Shown: positions 1 through 11,481 of the stretch, piece by piece
How the letters are laid out: every line of letters starts with the position of its first letter
Numbering within the stretch: position 1 is the stretch's first letter
Source: Octopus sinensis
Lineage: Eukaryota
DNA length: 64,000 nt
Assembly: GCF_006345805.1 (NCBI RefSeq)
Contig: NC_043026.1
Span: 1,674,001-1,738,000, forward strand
Direction: 5' to 3'
The notes under the pieces: generated by a model
Database searches by the model: none
The model's input: the letters and a program-made list of their open reading frames with translations, nothing else
What the model was told of the DNA's origin: nothing
Position numbers and translations under genes: made by a program

Positions 1-652
1 CAGAAATGCAATGGAAAATCGGTCAGTTTGGAAACATTGATGTCCAGGTGACAAAAGCAAAGTTTGAAGGGAATATTAGGGATTTCCTTTGATTTCTAGA
101 GAGAAGTAAATAAGAAATAACATTTACTGACCAAAGACAAAAAAACTTAAGAATTTTGTTACTCAGTGTTTTTGGTTACAGAAATTTAAAACTGAAATGG
201 AAAGAGGTCAAAACAAGAAACGATAAAGTTCACTTCAAAATTTGGCACAAGGCCAGCAATTTCAGTGAAGGTGGTCAGTCAATGATATCAACTCAGTGGC
301 ATTGTGAGAAAGTGTCTTCTGCTCTAGCCTCAGGCCAACCAAAGCCTTCTCAGTGGATTTGGTAGACGGAAACTGAAGGAAGCTCATATCATATGTGTGT
401 GTGTGACTGTATTTGTGTTTGAAAAAAGCCTGTTTAACACACACACACACACACACTCACATCTTTTAAATTTGCTTACAGGAGACATTTTGAATCTGCA
501 AATAAAGCTTCTATTCCATTATGTCAGCTACAGTCTAAAGATGCTGACAGGTGAACCAGTTTTTCAGGGTTGTATCGAGCTCTACCAATATAATGTAGGA
601 TAAATATAGTAATAATAACAATAATCCTTGGATAGAATTTATAAATATTATA

Positions 653-1402
653 AATGTGGTGCATAAATTGTTAAGTAAATGAGAGGCATCTTTCCCTCCA
701 CTGATTCAGTTGCAAAGTGTGGAGAAAAGTTATTTGATTGCAGACCTCCTTTTACTCTTTTTATTATCACTGGGTCACACATAGTCCCCAGATGGTAATA
801 TTGATTTCAAGGCCTTCCCAGATGAGTGACTGGTTATTCAAAGACATTTACAGATTGTAATTTTATTCTGTCCAGTTATGTATCAGTATAGTGGTCATTT
901 GCAAACTCCAGAGGTGACACTTTCATTTCTCCTTAGCCCTCACCTCACACAGTTGTTAATGTTTATTTCAGTTGGGTCACGCCCTTCCAATTGCTAGAGA
1001 TTCGTAATGCATCTTACGGCTGTGCCTGTCACCTGGATGGTGAGGAATCCGACATTGGGAGTGGTAACGACTAGGGTAGGGTAGCTGACTGCTTATTGTG
1101 ATCATTCGTCTTCTGGTTTCCTGTAGCTTTGCTCTCTTTTACAAACCCAGTGAACATAAATTCCCTATTTCAAAGAAATTCAAACAATAGATATAAGACC
1201 CAAGTTAAAAAGATTCTCAACAATTCAACTTCTCTGGTTGACATTAAGACACCCATCCCTAATAGGGGCCTTAACTCTCACATTTTAGGGCTCCATGACC
1301 TCCATTTCTCAGGAGCAAAATCCTTTTAACAGGTTCGATAAGACTGGAATTTTGGAATATGTGCATAAAAATCAGTAGAATGGGATACATGTGGCACGAT
1401 TA
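653..1402 (+). mobile_element. Helitron-derived fragment; inverted copy of 36778-37519
   Basis: About 750 bp aligns by eye to the reverse complement of 36778-37519 with scattered substitutions and an 8-bp indel. The partner copy lies inside an element with Helitron termini. A weak, frameshifted [11 protein letters not shown]-like trace is present near 945-980. Confidence 0.65.
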
Positions 1403-1687
1403 TATATTTTTCCAAGATTGAAAAAAAGTTAAAATTTTAAAATTTGGGGTGGGGAGGGGGGAATTGGTCTTTGACATCTTCAGAATCTCCTTCATTGAAA
1501 ACATAGGAATCTGCTGAAAAAATTTCAAAAAAATTTCAAAAAGTCGATTTTTCGTACCAGTGTACTTGTAAACCTGAAGTCTTTATGATTAGATTTTTTT
1601 GGAAAACTGGTTAATTCAGTGTTTATTTAATTTCTAAGATAATAATTATTATGATAATATTTTTTAGAAAGTTTCTTCCTTATATAA

Positions 1688-1942
1688 TGTGGTGTTGGTG
1701 AGAGGATGACAGATAGGGGAGGGCAGAAGTAGGGCTTGCAGGGCGCATGCACGGGAGGAAGCGGAAGCGGGAGCGACAACGCACATGTGGGATCAACGAA
1801 CAGGAGTTGCAGCTGAGACGACCAAGGCACCAGACGTATCGAGCTGGCTGAGAGGGATCTGAACTAATCTTCGCCGAGGTAAGGCCTGATTGTATTTCCA
1901 TTCTCCTTTTTTCTGTTGTCCTCTTTCATCGTTCACACCACA
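1688..1942 (+). repeat. 5' LTR (255 bp)
   Basis: Direct repeat of 5644-5892 with 7 substitutions and one 6-nt indel; starts TG, ends CA. Confidence 0.95.
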
Positions 1943-1954
1943 AGCTATTTCGGC
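1943..1954 (+). promoter_or_regulatory. Candidate primer-binding site complementary to tRNA-Phe nt 1-12
   Basis: AGCTATTTCGGC directly abuts the 5' LTR. Its reverse complement GCCGAAATAGCT is the 5' end of the conserved metazoan cytosolic tRNA-Phe(GAA) as recalled for human and Drosophila. There is no TGG-type PBS. Confidence 0.7.
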
Positions 1955-1985
1955 ATATAAACAATCGGTTTTATAAATAAAAAGG

Positions 1986-2744
1986 ATGCAGAGTGCTCGG
2001 GTTTCTCACGAACTTATAACACTGTTTTGCAGCGACACAGATGTGGTCGCTTGGTTGAAGAGAGTGAAGTTGGTGGCAAAGCTCCATGGTATAGGTGACC
2101 TGGCGAGCTTCATGCCGCTGTACTTGGATGGCCCGGCGTTGGCGTTATATTTAGAGATGGAGGAGACGGACCAACTTAGCGTGGAGAAAGTAGAAATCCG
2201 GTGGATGGAGGCCTTTGCGGAGGGAATGTTCGAGGCATACGCTCGCCTGGGTAGAATGAGATGGACTGGGCAAGAGGTGGACGTGTTTGCCAATGAGCTT
2301 AGAAGACTGGCTAAACTGGCGGGTTACGAGGGAGAGTTGCCGGAACGGACGATTAGGTTGGCGTTCGTGACCGACTTTCCCGACAACATGTCGGTCGAGC
2401 TACAGAAGCTCCCAAACGTGCATTCGATGCCGATGGCGGACATCATATCTCGGGCTCGCGTACTAGTTTCGTGCAGCAGGATGACGTCGGTAGCAGCGAC
2501 TGCAACGTTGAAAAGTGGCCCAGCTAGGAGCAGCGGAGAGGGGCTAAAGAAAGAACGCATGCGACCGTTCAAAGGACAGTGTTTCCAGTGCCAAGGTCCA
2601 CACATGGCGCGTGACTGCGTGTCGCCCAAGCCTGAGGTGATTTGCTACCGGTGTCGAGAGCCGGGGCATATAGCCAGCGAGTGTCCGCGGGGAAACGGAC
2701 TGCGGGAGACTACTGCGCCGGTAGTTGTCCCTTTGGATCAGTAG
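1986..2744 (+). CDS. Gag (252 aa) with two CCHC zinc knuckles
   Basis: Intact ORF containing CFQCQGPHMARDC and CYRCREPGHIASEC, positioned right after the 5' LTR. Confidence 0.9.
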   Translation: MQSARVSHELITLFCSDTDVVAWLKRVKLVAKLHGIGDLASFMPLYLDGPALALYLEMEETDQLSVEKVEIRWMEAFAEGMFEAYARLGRMRWTGQEVDVFANELRRLAKLAGYEGELPERTIRLAFVTDFPDNMSVELQKLPNVHSMPMADIISRARVLVSCSRMTSVAATATLKSGPARSSGEGLKKERMRPFKGQCFQCQGPHMARDCVSPKPEVICYRCREPGHIASECPRGNGLRETTAPVVVPLDQ

Positions 2745-5589
2745 CGGCACGTTTATCATCGCTACCTGTGGTCGACATTCTGGTGGAGGGGAAGATGTCG
2801 CGAGCCCTGGTGGACATGGGCTGTACGACAACCCTGATGACTACAGAAGTGGCAGAGACATGGAGTGGAGGAAGCAGTGTTAGGGCTGTCGACGGAAGAG
2901 AAGTACACTGCGAAGGGGTTACAGATGTGCAGATTGTAGTGCAGGGACTACAGCTGATGTTGCGAGCGATTGTGGTTGGTCACTTGGTGGACGAGATTGA
3001 CGTGGTGATGGGGATGGATGCAATCACCCGCTTGGGAGGTGTCACCGTTAACGAGGCTGGTGTAACGTTTGGGTTAGCAGGGAAACCGTGTAGGGCGAGA
3101 CCATGCACCGGTGACAACCGTGAGGAAAAGGATGCGGTGCACACCATTGAGGACCAGGATTTTCGGGCTGTCTTTGATGGCGAGAGGTGGACGGTGGAGT
3201 GGCACTGGAAGGGAGAGCCCCCGATGTTAAAGAATAAAGTGGGCTGCTATCAGCATACTCTAAAAGGAGATGCCAGAAGTGAGTTCGAGGGAGAGGTGGA
3301 GCGGTGGATTAAGGAGGGTATATTGATCCCTTGGGAAAAAGAAGAGAGCGGAGTCCTGCCACTGATGGCGGTGATACAGCCCACAAAGCATAAGGTCAGG
3401 CCAATGCTTGACTTCCGAGAGCTGAATGACCACGTGCCATGTCATACAGGCGGCGAGGCCACGGATGTCTGCGGAGACACCTTGTGAGAGTGGAGGCAGA
3501 CGATGGGGGCCTCCACGATTGTCGATTTGAAGTCGGCATACCTACAGGTGCATGTGGCTGAGAAATTATGGAAGTACCAGCTCGTCAGGTATAAGGGCTG
3601 GATGTACTGTCTGACCAGGTTGGGATTCGGGCTGAATTCAGCACCAAAGATTATGGCAACAATTCTCAAGGCCATCCTGGGGAAGGTGGACAGAGTAAAA
3701 AGGGCCACCAATTCGTACATCGATGACATTCTGGTGGATGAAACCGTGATACCAGCAACAGAGGTCATAGGCCACCTGAAGAGTTTTGGACTGATCGCCA
3801 AGCCGCCAGAGGCAATGGAAGGAGGTGCCGCACTGGGCCTCAAGCTATGGAGAGACAAGGCCGGCGCATTGGTGTTCCGGCGAGGGAATGAGGTCCCTGA
3901 ACTGGGCGCCAGCATGAGTAGACGGGAACTGTTCTCTGTGTGTGGGAAGCTGGTGGGACATTACCCGATTGCAGTTTGGCTCCGAACAGCATGTAGCTTC
4001 ATCAAGAGACGAGCTGAAGGAGTGAAGTGGAATGATAAAGTGGGGGAGAGGACGATCAACATGATTCAGGAAGTCTTGGTCAGAGTACGAGCAGAGGACC
4101 CAGTGAGGGGCAGCTGGTATGTTCCTAAATCAAAGAGCGGGATTGTATGGTGTGACGCCAGTAGCATCGCAATAGGGGTTGTCTTAGAAGTGGGAGGTGT
4201 CATTGTGGAAGATGCAGCCTGGCTCAGGAAGACGGATGACTGCAATCATATCAACGTGGCGGAGTTGGATGCCGTGTTGAAGGGGGTGAACCTAGCCTTG
4301 AAGTGGGGGTTGCACACCATAGAAATAAGGACTGATTCGGCCACTGTACTTGGTTGGGCGACAGCAGTCATCACCGATGAGCGGAGGGTGCGGACCAAAG
4401 GGGCTGCAGAGATGCTGGTAAAGCGTCGATTAGGAATACTGCGTGAACTAACCACTGAGTTCAATCTGAAGCTGAGCGTGATCTTTGTGCCTTCCGAGAA
4501 GAACAGGGCAGACGTCCTGACCAGGGTAAAGCGAACCTGGTTGCAGGTGCCAGAGGATGCGAAGCAGGCTGTAGCTGCAGTATGCCGTCTGAGCGACTCG
4601 GAGTTGCGGAGACTGCACACCATGCATCACATGGGTGTGGACAGGACATTGTTCCTAGCCAGTAAAGTTGACTCCGACGTAACAAGACAGAGCGTGCAGA
4701 GAGTAGTTAGCAGTTGTGACAGGTGCCAGTCCATCGACCCTGCTCCGGTCGTGCATGAAGCGGAAAGTATTCCAGTGGACCAGGACTGGAAACGACTGGC
4801 GGTGGACATAACACACTACCGGCAGGGGACATACCTCTCAATGGTTGACTGCGGACCGGGGCGGTTGGCCATATGGAGGGAGATGAAGTCGGGGACCGCA
4901 GAAGAAATTGTGAAAGTGTTGAATGAGATATTCCTGGAACGAGGCCCCGTGGATGAACTGCTTCTGGTCAACGGCCCTGCATTTCGCTCGGATGGGCTGA
5001 AAGAAATGCTTGATGAGTGGAAGGTCAACCGCTTCTTCAGGGCGGCATACCGGCCAAGTGGAAATGGGGTGGTGGAAAGGCATCATCGTACCATCAAGGC
5101 CATGGCAGAGAGGGGTCACATTTCACCAATCGAGGCCGTGTTTTGGTACAATATGTCGCCCAGATCAGGACAAGCTGAGGAGTCGGTGCCACACAGGGCA
5201 ATATTCAGGTACGAGTGGAGGCATCCGTGTACTACATCAATGCAACCCAGGGCAGAGGAAGAGCACGCCTTCGTGCAGGTCGGGGAGGAAGTCTGGGTAA
5301 AACCCCCAAACGCATGGTGTACATCACAATGGGGAAAGGGGACAATAACTCTGTAAATTCAAAAAATAACATCTCGGTTGATGGTATGCCACGCCACGTT
5401 TTAGATATACGGAGGATTGTCCATGCCTCAGAGGATGGGACCAGCAGCAGTGGGCAAGACGAAAACAACACCAGTAGACAGGATGACGAGGCCAGCAGCA
5501 ACACACCAGGAACAAGTCCTAGGGTCACACTGCAACCACAGAGGGAACGGCACCCTCCTCCCTGGTTGGCTGATTATGAAACCAGTTAA
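2642..5589 (+). pseudogene. Pol (protease, RT, RNase H, integrase), disrupted
   Basis: Read in the -1 frame relative to gag. Motifs: protease LVDMGC (DTG to DMG), RT DLKSAYLQV / GFGLNSAP / SYIDD, RNase H CDAS...HINVAELDAV...TDS, integrase HH-CC with AVDITH, LLVNG (D to V) and VVERHHR. In-frame TGA at 3485-3487 and a frameshift near 5350 (the C-terminus continues in ORF 5215-5589). Confidence 0.93.
2690..2731 (+). promoter_or_regulatory. Candidate -1 programmed ribosomal frameshift signal
   Basis: G_GGA_AAC slippery heptamer in the gag frame (2690-2696), a 7-nt spacer, then hairpin GGGA-GACUAC / GUAGUU-G-UCCC (2704-2731). Pol is open in the -1 frame across this site. Confidence 0.75.
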
Positions 5590-5643
5590 GGTGCGGGGAG
5601 CGAGTGAGAAAGCCGGTTCAGTGATCTGTAGATCAGGGAGGCG

Positions 5644-5892
5644 AGTGGTGTTGGTGAGAGGATGACAGATAGGGGAGGGCGGAAGTAGGGCTTGCAGGGC
5701 GCATGCGCGGGAGGAAGCGGAAGCGACGAGGCACGTGTGGGATCAACGAACAGGAGTTGCAGCTGAGATGACCAAGGCACCAGACGTATCGAGCTGGCTG
5801 AGAGGGATCTGAACTAATCTTCGCCGAGGTAAGGCCTGATTGTATTTCCATTCTCCTTTTTTCTGTTGTCCTCTTTCATCGTTCACACCACA
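5644..5892 (+). repeat. 3' LTR (249 bp)
   Basis: Direct repeat of the 5' LTR, preceded by a short purine-rich stretch (AGGGAGGCG). First base is A rather than T. Confidence 0.95.
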
Positions 5893-6779
5893 TATAAACG
5901 ACGCAATTTTTAATTATTAATCTTTGATTTTTAGTAATTATTATTATAAATAATTAATGCAATGTAATTTATAATATCATTTGCTATTTAACTAGAGATA
6001 AGGTATTTTAAATATATTTTGCTATTTACCCATAGATAAATAGCATATTGTTATTATAACATGTATTTTTTAATAATTTGAAAGAACGAAAGGGATATTT
6101 CTTATTTTGTCCTGTTTTTTTTTTTAAATATTTTTATAAATATTGTCCCAGGTATTTAAATAAACGAATGCACTGAGATATATAACAGTATACAAATATA
6201 TTTTATGACTGTTAAATTAGTTTATTTTTTATCTTTGTTTTTGTTAAATTTGTATTTAATATTTATTATATAATATATTATGTTAATAAATTTTAATTTT
6301 TGAATTGACAGTTGTATATCTCCATTTCTTTATATATATATAATGTATATGCACACACACATATATATATATCATCGTCATCATTTAACGCCTGTTGTCC
6401 ATGCTGTCATGGGTTGGATGGTTTGACCAGGGCTGGTAAGCTGGAAGGCTGCACCAAACTCCAGTCTGATTTAGCATGATTTCTACAGCTGGATGTCTTT
6501 CCTAATGCCAACCACTCCAAGAGTGTAATGGGAGCTTTTACGTGCCACTGGCACAGGTGCCATTTATGTGACACCAGTATCTGCCATGACTACAATTTTA
6601 CTTGGCTTGATGCTCTCTCTCTATATATGTATGTATGTATGTGTGTATGTGTGTATGTATGTGTGTATGTATGTATGTATGTATGTGTGTATGTATGTAT
6701 GTGTGTGTATGTATGTATATATATCTACATACATATGCACACACAGAGGGTGTTTGGGCTAAATTGCCTTTGAAAAGTA

Positions 6780-7260
6780 GATTATGGCTGAGAGATAACA
6801 GTTTACTCAAACTAGCTGCCCTCAGCTTCAAGATGGCTTTGGAACCTGGCACATGAGCTCCTCAGTGTTTCTGGGAAGATCTTTGAACACGTCTTTGATG
6901 CTGGCCACCAGTTCAGCCTTGGCCATCAGCTTGGGTGGTATCTTTCTCAATTGTGTCCCACATATAGTAATCTATGAAATTACAATTATGGGAATTAGGA
7001 GGCCAGAAATTGGGGCTGGTGAAGTCATAGAAACACTCCAACAACCACTCCCGATGCTTTCTGGAGGTATGACAAGGATCCAATCCTGCCGCCACAAATA
7101 TGGCCTTCCGGCAGTTTTAAACAGCCAACTGAATTGAGCCTAAGGCCTTGTTCAAAGATGCTGGGCAGCATGACATTACCCTCACTTGAGATACCTAAAG
7201 ACCATCACAGTGGGGAAACTTGGTTTCGTGATGTCCATGTTACATCTTACAGCCTTTACA
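6780..7260 (-). mobile_element. Tc1/mariner superfamily (maT/DD37D-like) transposase remnant
   Basis: Minus-strand peptide PCHTSRKHREWLLECFYDFTSPNFWPPNSHNCNFIDYYMWDTIEKDT resembles the WPPNSPDLNPLDY region. SEGNVMLPSIFEQGLRLN lies upstream. Frameshifted. Confidence 0.75.
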
Positions 7261-7956
7261 ATGTTCACAGAGTATTGAGCAACAGTCATGAGGCCAGCAT
7301 TTTGGTACCCAGCACAAATCATCATGATATAGGTTACTCTTTCCAATATTTAGATGGTTCCTATTCCTCCATGTCAGCCTCTCAACTACAACTTTAATCT
7401 TTATGCTCTCCAATGTCATCGACTCTTCACCAATGCATCAGAGAAAAGGAGATCATAAAATCAACAAATTTAGCCCAAGCACCCTGGGTGCAAAGAGAGG
7501 GTTCAGGTTAAATTTGATTACTTTTTTTCTGATTTCTTATTCTATTCAACCATTATGGCACCTACAAACATTTATCAATAAAAAATAGTTTGAAACACAA
7601 CATTCAAAAAAAGATAGATTTGTATATAAAACTGCTTTTCGCAGTTAAGGGTAATGAAATTTTGAGTGACTATATCTGATTTCTGCAGTACATGGGTACC
7701 ACCACCCACCATTAGATATCTTCAGCAGAGTTCAAACTCATTTTCTTCCAATGGACCAGTTCTCTGGTTTGAGGATAACTTTGTCCCTTCCTCTCACTGG
7801 TGCTGAAAATCCTATCCTTGAAAATTCAAGGTATGACAGAACTAACTAAACAGGAGACACTTGGGATGGAGAGTTGCTGGAGAGATCAGAGGATATCTGG
7901 ATGTAAAATTTCAGATAAAATAAGAAGAATAATATAGCTGAAGTGAAGAATGAGTA

Positions 7957-8795
7957 TATACAAGGAGATACCGAAAAGAAACTGGAATTTTGCAATATTT
8001 TAGTCACTTAGTTTTACATGTTTACATTTTTATTGCCTTCAAAGAATTCTCCATTTGAAGCAATGCATTGGTCCAGGTGCGTTTCCCACTGTTCAAAGTA
8101 GTGCTGGAACTCTTGCAAACTAATGTCTTTTTTTTCCTTCACCTCTTCCACATCTGCAAATTGCACAGCACCAGCTTTTGTCAGCAGTGATGACCTTTGG
8201 AAAATGGTTCGGATCAACTTTCAACTCTTCTTTCAGTTCGCAATATGCATTCAGTCATGACTGCTTTTGATCTTCCGTGAGCAAGTGAGGCACAAATGTT
8301 GCTGCAACTCTTTTTATTCACGATTCCTCACTCAAAATTCGTTGGCAGGAGTGCCAGGATATACCAGTCATACCAACAACCCCATCAACCGTTTGGTGTT
8401 GCTTTCATTTGTTCAGGTCAACGGTCATCCTGAATGAGGTTGGTCTTCAAGAGACAAGTGACCATTCTCGAAGCATGGAAATCATTTGTAAACTTGTGTT
8501 TTGCTCATGGCATCACTTTTGTAAGCCGTTTGAGGAATGACAACTGTTTTTGCTGCCGTTTTCCCCAGCAGAAAACAGAATTTCATGGAAGCGTGCTGTT
8601 CTTTCGTTTCAGCCATTGCAAAAACTGATGAACAGGGGAGAAGCACTGCAAAGCAAAGACACACCACGTGGCAATACAACTTGACTCAATGACGCCAGTT
8701 GGCAGACTGCCCGAGAGTCGCATCAAGTGGCAGAAGCCTGAACTACAATGGGTTTGTCCCACAAAGAACATTTCTGGTTACTTTTGAGTATAGAG
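7957..8795 (-). mobile_element. Internally deleted mariner-like element
   Basis: N-terminal HTH-like MAETKEQHASMKFCFLLGKTAAKTV...AYKSDAMSKTQVYK and C-terminal FADVEEVK...FEQWETHLDQCIASNGEFFEG. Degenerate inverted ends near 7957-7990 and 8770-8795. Confidence 0.8.
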
Positions 8796-9255
8796 CATGG
8801 GGTTATTTTGAAGAAGAAAAAAAGAAAGACCATCCCCAAATATAACCATAAATTCAAAGTAATTTTTTCTTTCGGCACGCCATTCAGAAAGTCTCTCACA
8901 AGGCACAGCTTGCCTAGGATTGTTCTATAACCATACAAAATTTACGCCTCATATACAATAAACAACAATAAACACAAACATATAGATATATGTATATATA
9001 TATAGAGAGAGATAATTTATTTCATCATCAACTTGCGTTAGTCCAAATTAATCTTTGTTTTTCTTTATCTTTCCTTATACATCAATCATCTTTATTCGTA
9101 TATATTGCTTCAAAAAGATAACTTCAGTTTCAAGAAGTATTTTCATTTGTTTTAGAGGGAGGTGGGTGGGAATAAAGGATGGGAGATGAGAGGGGGTGTT
9201 ATTTTGTTTTGTTTTCTCTTCCTGTTTTCTATTTTCTTCCTCTACACACACACAC

Positions 9256-10003
9256 AACCCACCATCTGCTATTTTAGGTCAGGGTGAAGGAGTCAATGAG
9301 TGACAGACTGATAGACTTTTGAACCATTGCTAATAACAATGGTAGATTTGTGGGAGGGAAGCAATGGAGTTGTATATATATATATATATATATATATACA
9401 TACATACATATAGCATCATCATTTAATGTCCGCTTTCCATGCTGGTATGGGTTGGATGGTTTGATGGAAAACTGGTAAGTCAGGAAGCTGCACCAGGCTA
9501 CACTCTGATTCGGCACGGTTTCTACAGCTGGATGCCCTGGATGTCAACCCCTCCAAGAGTGTACTGGGTTCTAGGTCTCAGTCATCTGTTACTGCCTCTG
9601 AGAAGCCCAATGCTGGAACAGAGCTTTTTACATGCCACCGGCATATATACACACACACACACGCATATATATGTATAATATGTTTATATACATACACACT
9701 TATATATGATATATCTTTTACTTGTTTCAGTCACTAGACTGCGGCCATGCTGGGGCACCTCCTGGAAGAATTTTTAGTTGAATGAATTGACCCCACTACT
9801 TATTCTATTGGTCCTGTTTGCCAAACTGCTAAGTTATGGGGACATAAATACACCAGCACCAGTTGTCAAGCAGTGACAAGGACAAATACAGACACATACA
9901 TATATGAGAGGCTTCTCTCAGTTTCTATCTACCAAATCCACTCACAAGCTTTTGGTTGACCATAGGCTTCAGTAGAAGACACTTGTCCAAGGTGCCACAG
10001 AAT

Positions 10004-10070
<67 letters not shown>

Positions 10071-10478
10071 TTGTAAGTGGAGTGTCATTCCACGTATGAT
10101 TTGCAGAGAATATATATCCTCATTGGCTGTGTTCAATTGACTGCAACTGTGTCTTCAAGGATTTAGTTGTTTGACCCCCTGAATCACCCAGTCAAAGCGT
10201 TGGGTGTTAAAACACAAGAAAGTCATAGACAGGTGGCTGAGTTGCTTGTCTATAAAGCCCTGTTCTTGTTTCTACCTGATACTTATTTTTTGCTGCCCCC
10301 AATTGCTAAGTCATGCTTTTTAAATATGCATACTCAAACAGATTTACACACACACACACACAACCCACCATCTGCTATTTTAGGTCAGGGTGAAGGAGTC
10401 AATGAGTGACAGACTGATAGACTTTTGAACCATTGCTAATAACAATGGTAGATTTGTGGGAGGGAAGCAATGGAGTTG

Positions 10479-10510
<32 letters not shown>

Positions 10511-11149
10511 CATACATATAGCATCATCATTTAATGTCCGCTTTCCATGCTGGTATGGGTTGGATGGTTTGATGGAAAACTGGTAAGTCAGGAAGCTGCA
10601 CCAGGCTACACTCTGATTCGGCACGGTTTCTACAGCTGGATGCCCTGGATGTCAACCCCTCCAAGAGTGTACTGGGTTCTAGGTCTCAGTCATCTGTTAC
10701 TGCCTCTGAGAAGCCCAATGCTTGAACAGAGCTTTTTACATGCCACCGGCATATATACACACACACACACACACGCATATATATGTATAATATGTTTATA
10801 TACATACACATTTATATATGATATATCTTTTACTTGTTTCAGTCATTAGACTGCGGCCATGCTGGGGCACCTCCTGGAAGAATTTTTAGTTGAATGAATT
10901 GACCCCACTACTTATTCTATTGGTCCTGTTTGCCAAACTGCTAAGTTATGGGGACATAAATACACCAGCACCAGTTGTCAAGCAGTGACAGGGACAAATA
11001 CAGACACATACATATATATGAGAGGCTTCTCTCAGTTTCTATCTACCAAATCCACTCACAAGGTTTTGGTTGACCATAGGCTTCAGTAGAAGACACTTGT
11101 CCAAGGTGCCACAGAATACACACACATATATATATTATATATATATATA

Positions 11150-11189
<40 letters not shown>

Positions 11190-11481
11190 TTGTAAGTGGA
11201 GTGTCATTCCACGTATGATTTGCAGAGAATATATATCCTCATTGGCTGTGTTCAATTGACTGCAACTGTGTCTTCAAGGATTTAGTTGTTTGACCCCCTG
11301 AATCACCCAGTCAAAGCGTTGGGTGTTAAAACACAAGAAAGTCATAGACAGGTGGCTGAGTTGCTTGTCTATAAAGCCCTGTTCTTGTTTCTACCTGATA
11401 CTTATTTTTTGCTGCCCCCAATTGCTAAGTCATGCTTTTTAAATATGCATACTCAAACAGATTTACACACACACACACACA
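9256..11481. repeat. Tandem duplication of a ~1.11-kb unit (9256-10361, 10362-11481)
   Basis: The two copies differ by about 5 substitutions plus microsatellite lengths. All three junctions are (CA)n tracts. Confidence 0.95.

Larger units (their letters stand above)
1688..5892 (+). mobile_element. Full-length, recently decayed Ty3/Gypsy-type LTR retrotransposon (4205 bp)
   Basis: Two LTRs (1688-1942, 5644-5892). Element ends TGTGGTGT...ACACCACA form an 8-bp inverted repeat. 5-bp TSD TATAA at 1683-1687 and 5893-5897. Domain order gag-PR-RT-RNaseH-IN. Confidence 0.96.

Noticed and set aside
1688-1942. Tf1-style self-priming for the LTR element
   Set aside because: The LTR has only GCCGA (5 nt) complementary to the PBS, against a 12/12 match with tRNA-Phe.
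2006-5528. Minus-strand ORFs within the LTR element
   Set aside because: Antisense shadows of GC-rich gag/pol with no motifs.
7688-7830. Possible plus-strand exon (AG...GT with one open frame)
   Set aside because: No recognisable protein similarity and no partner exons found.
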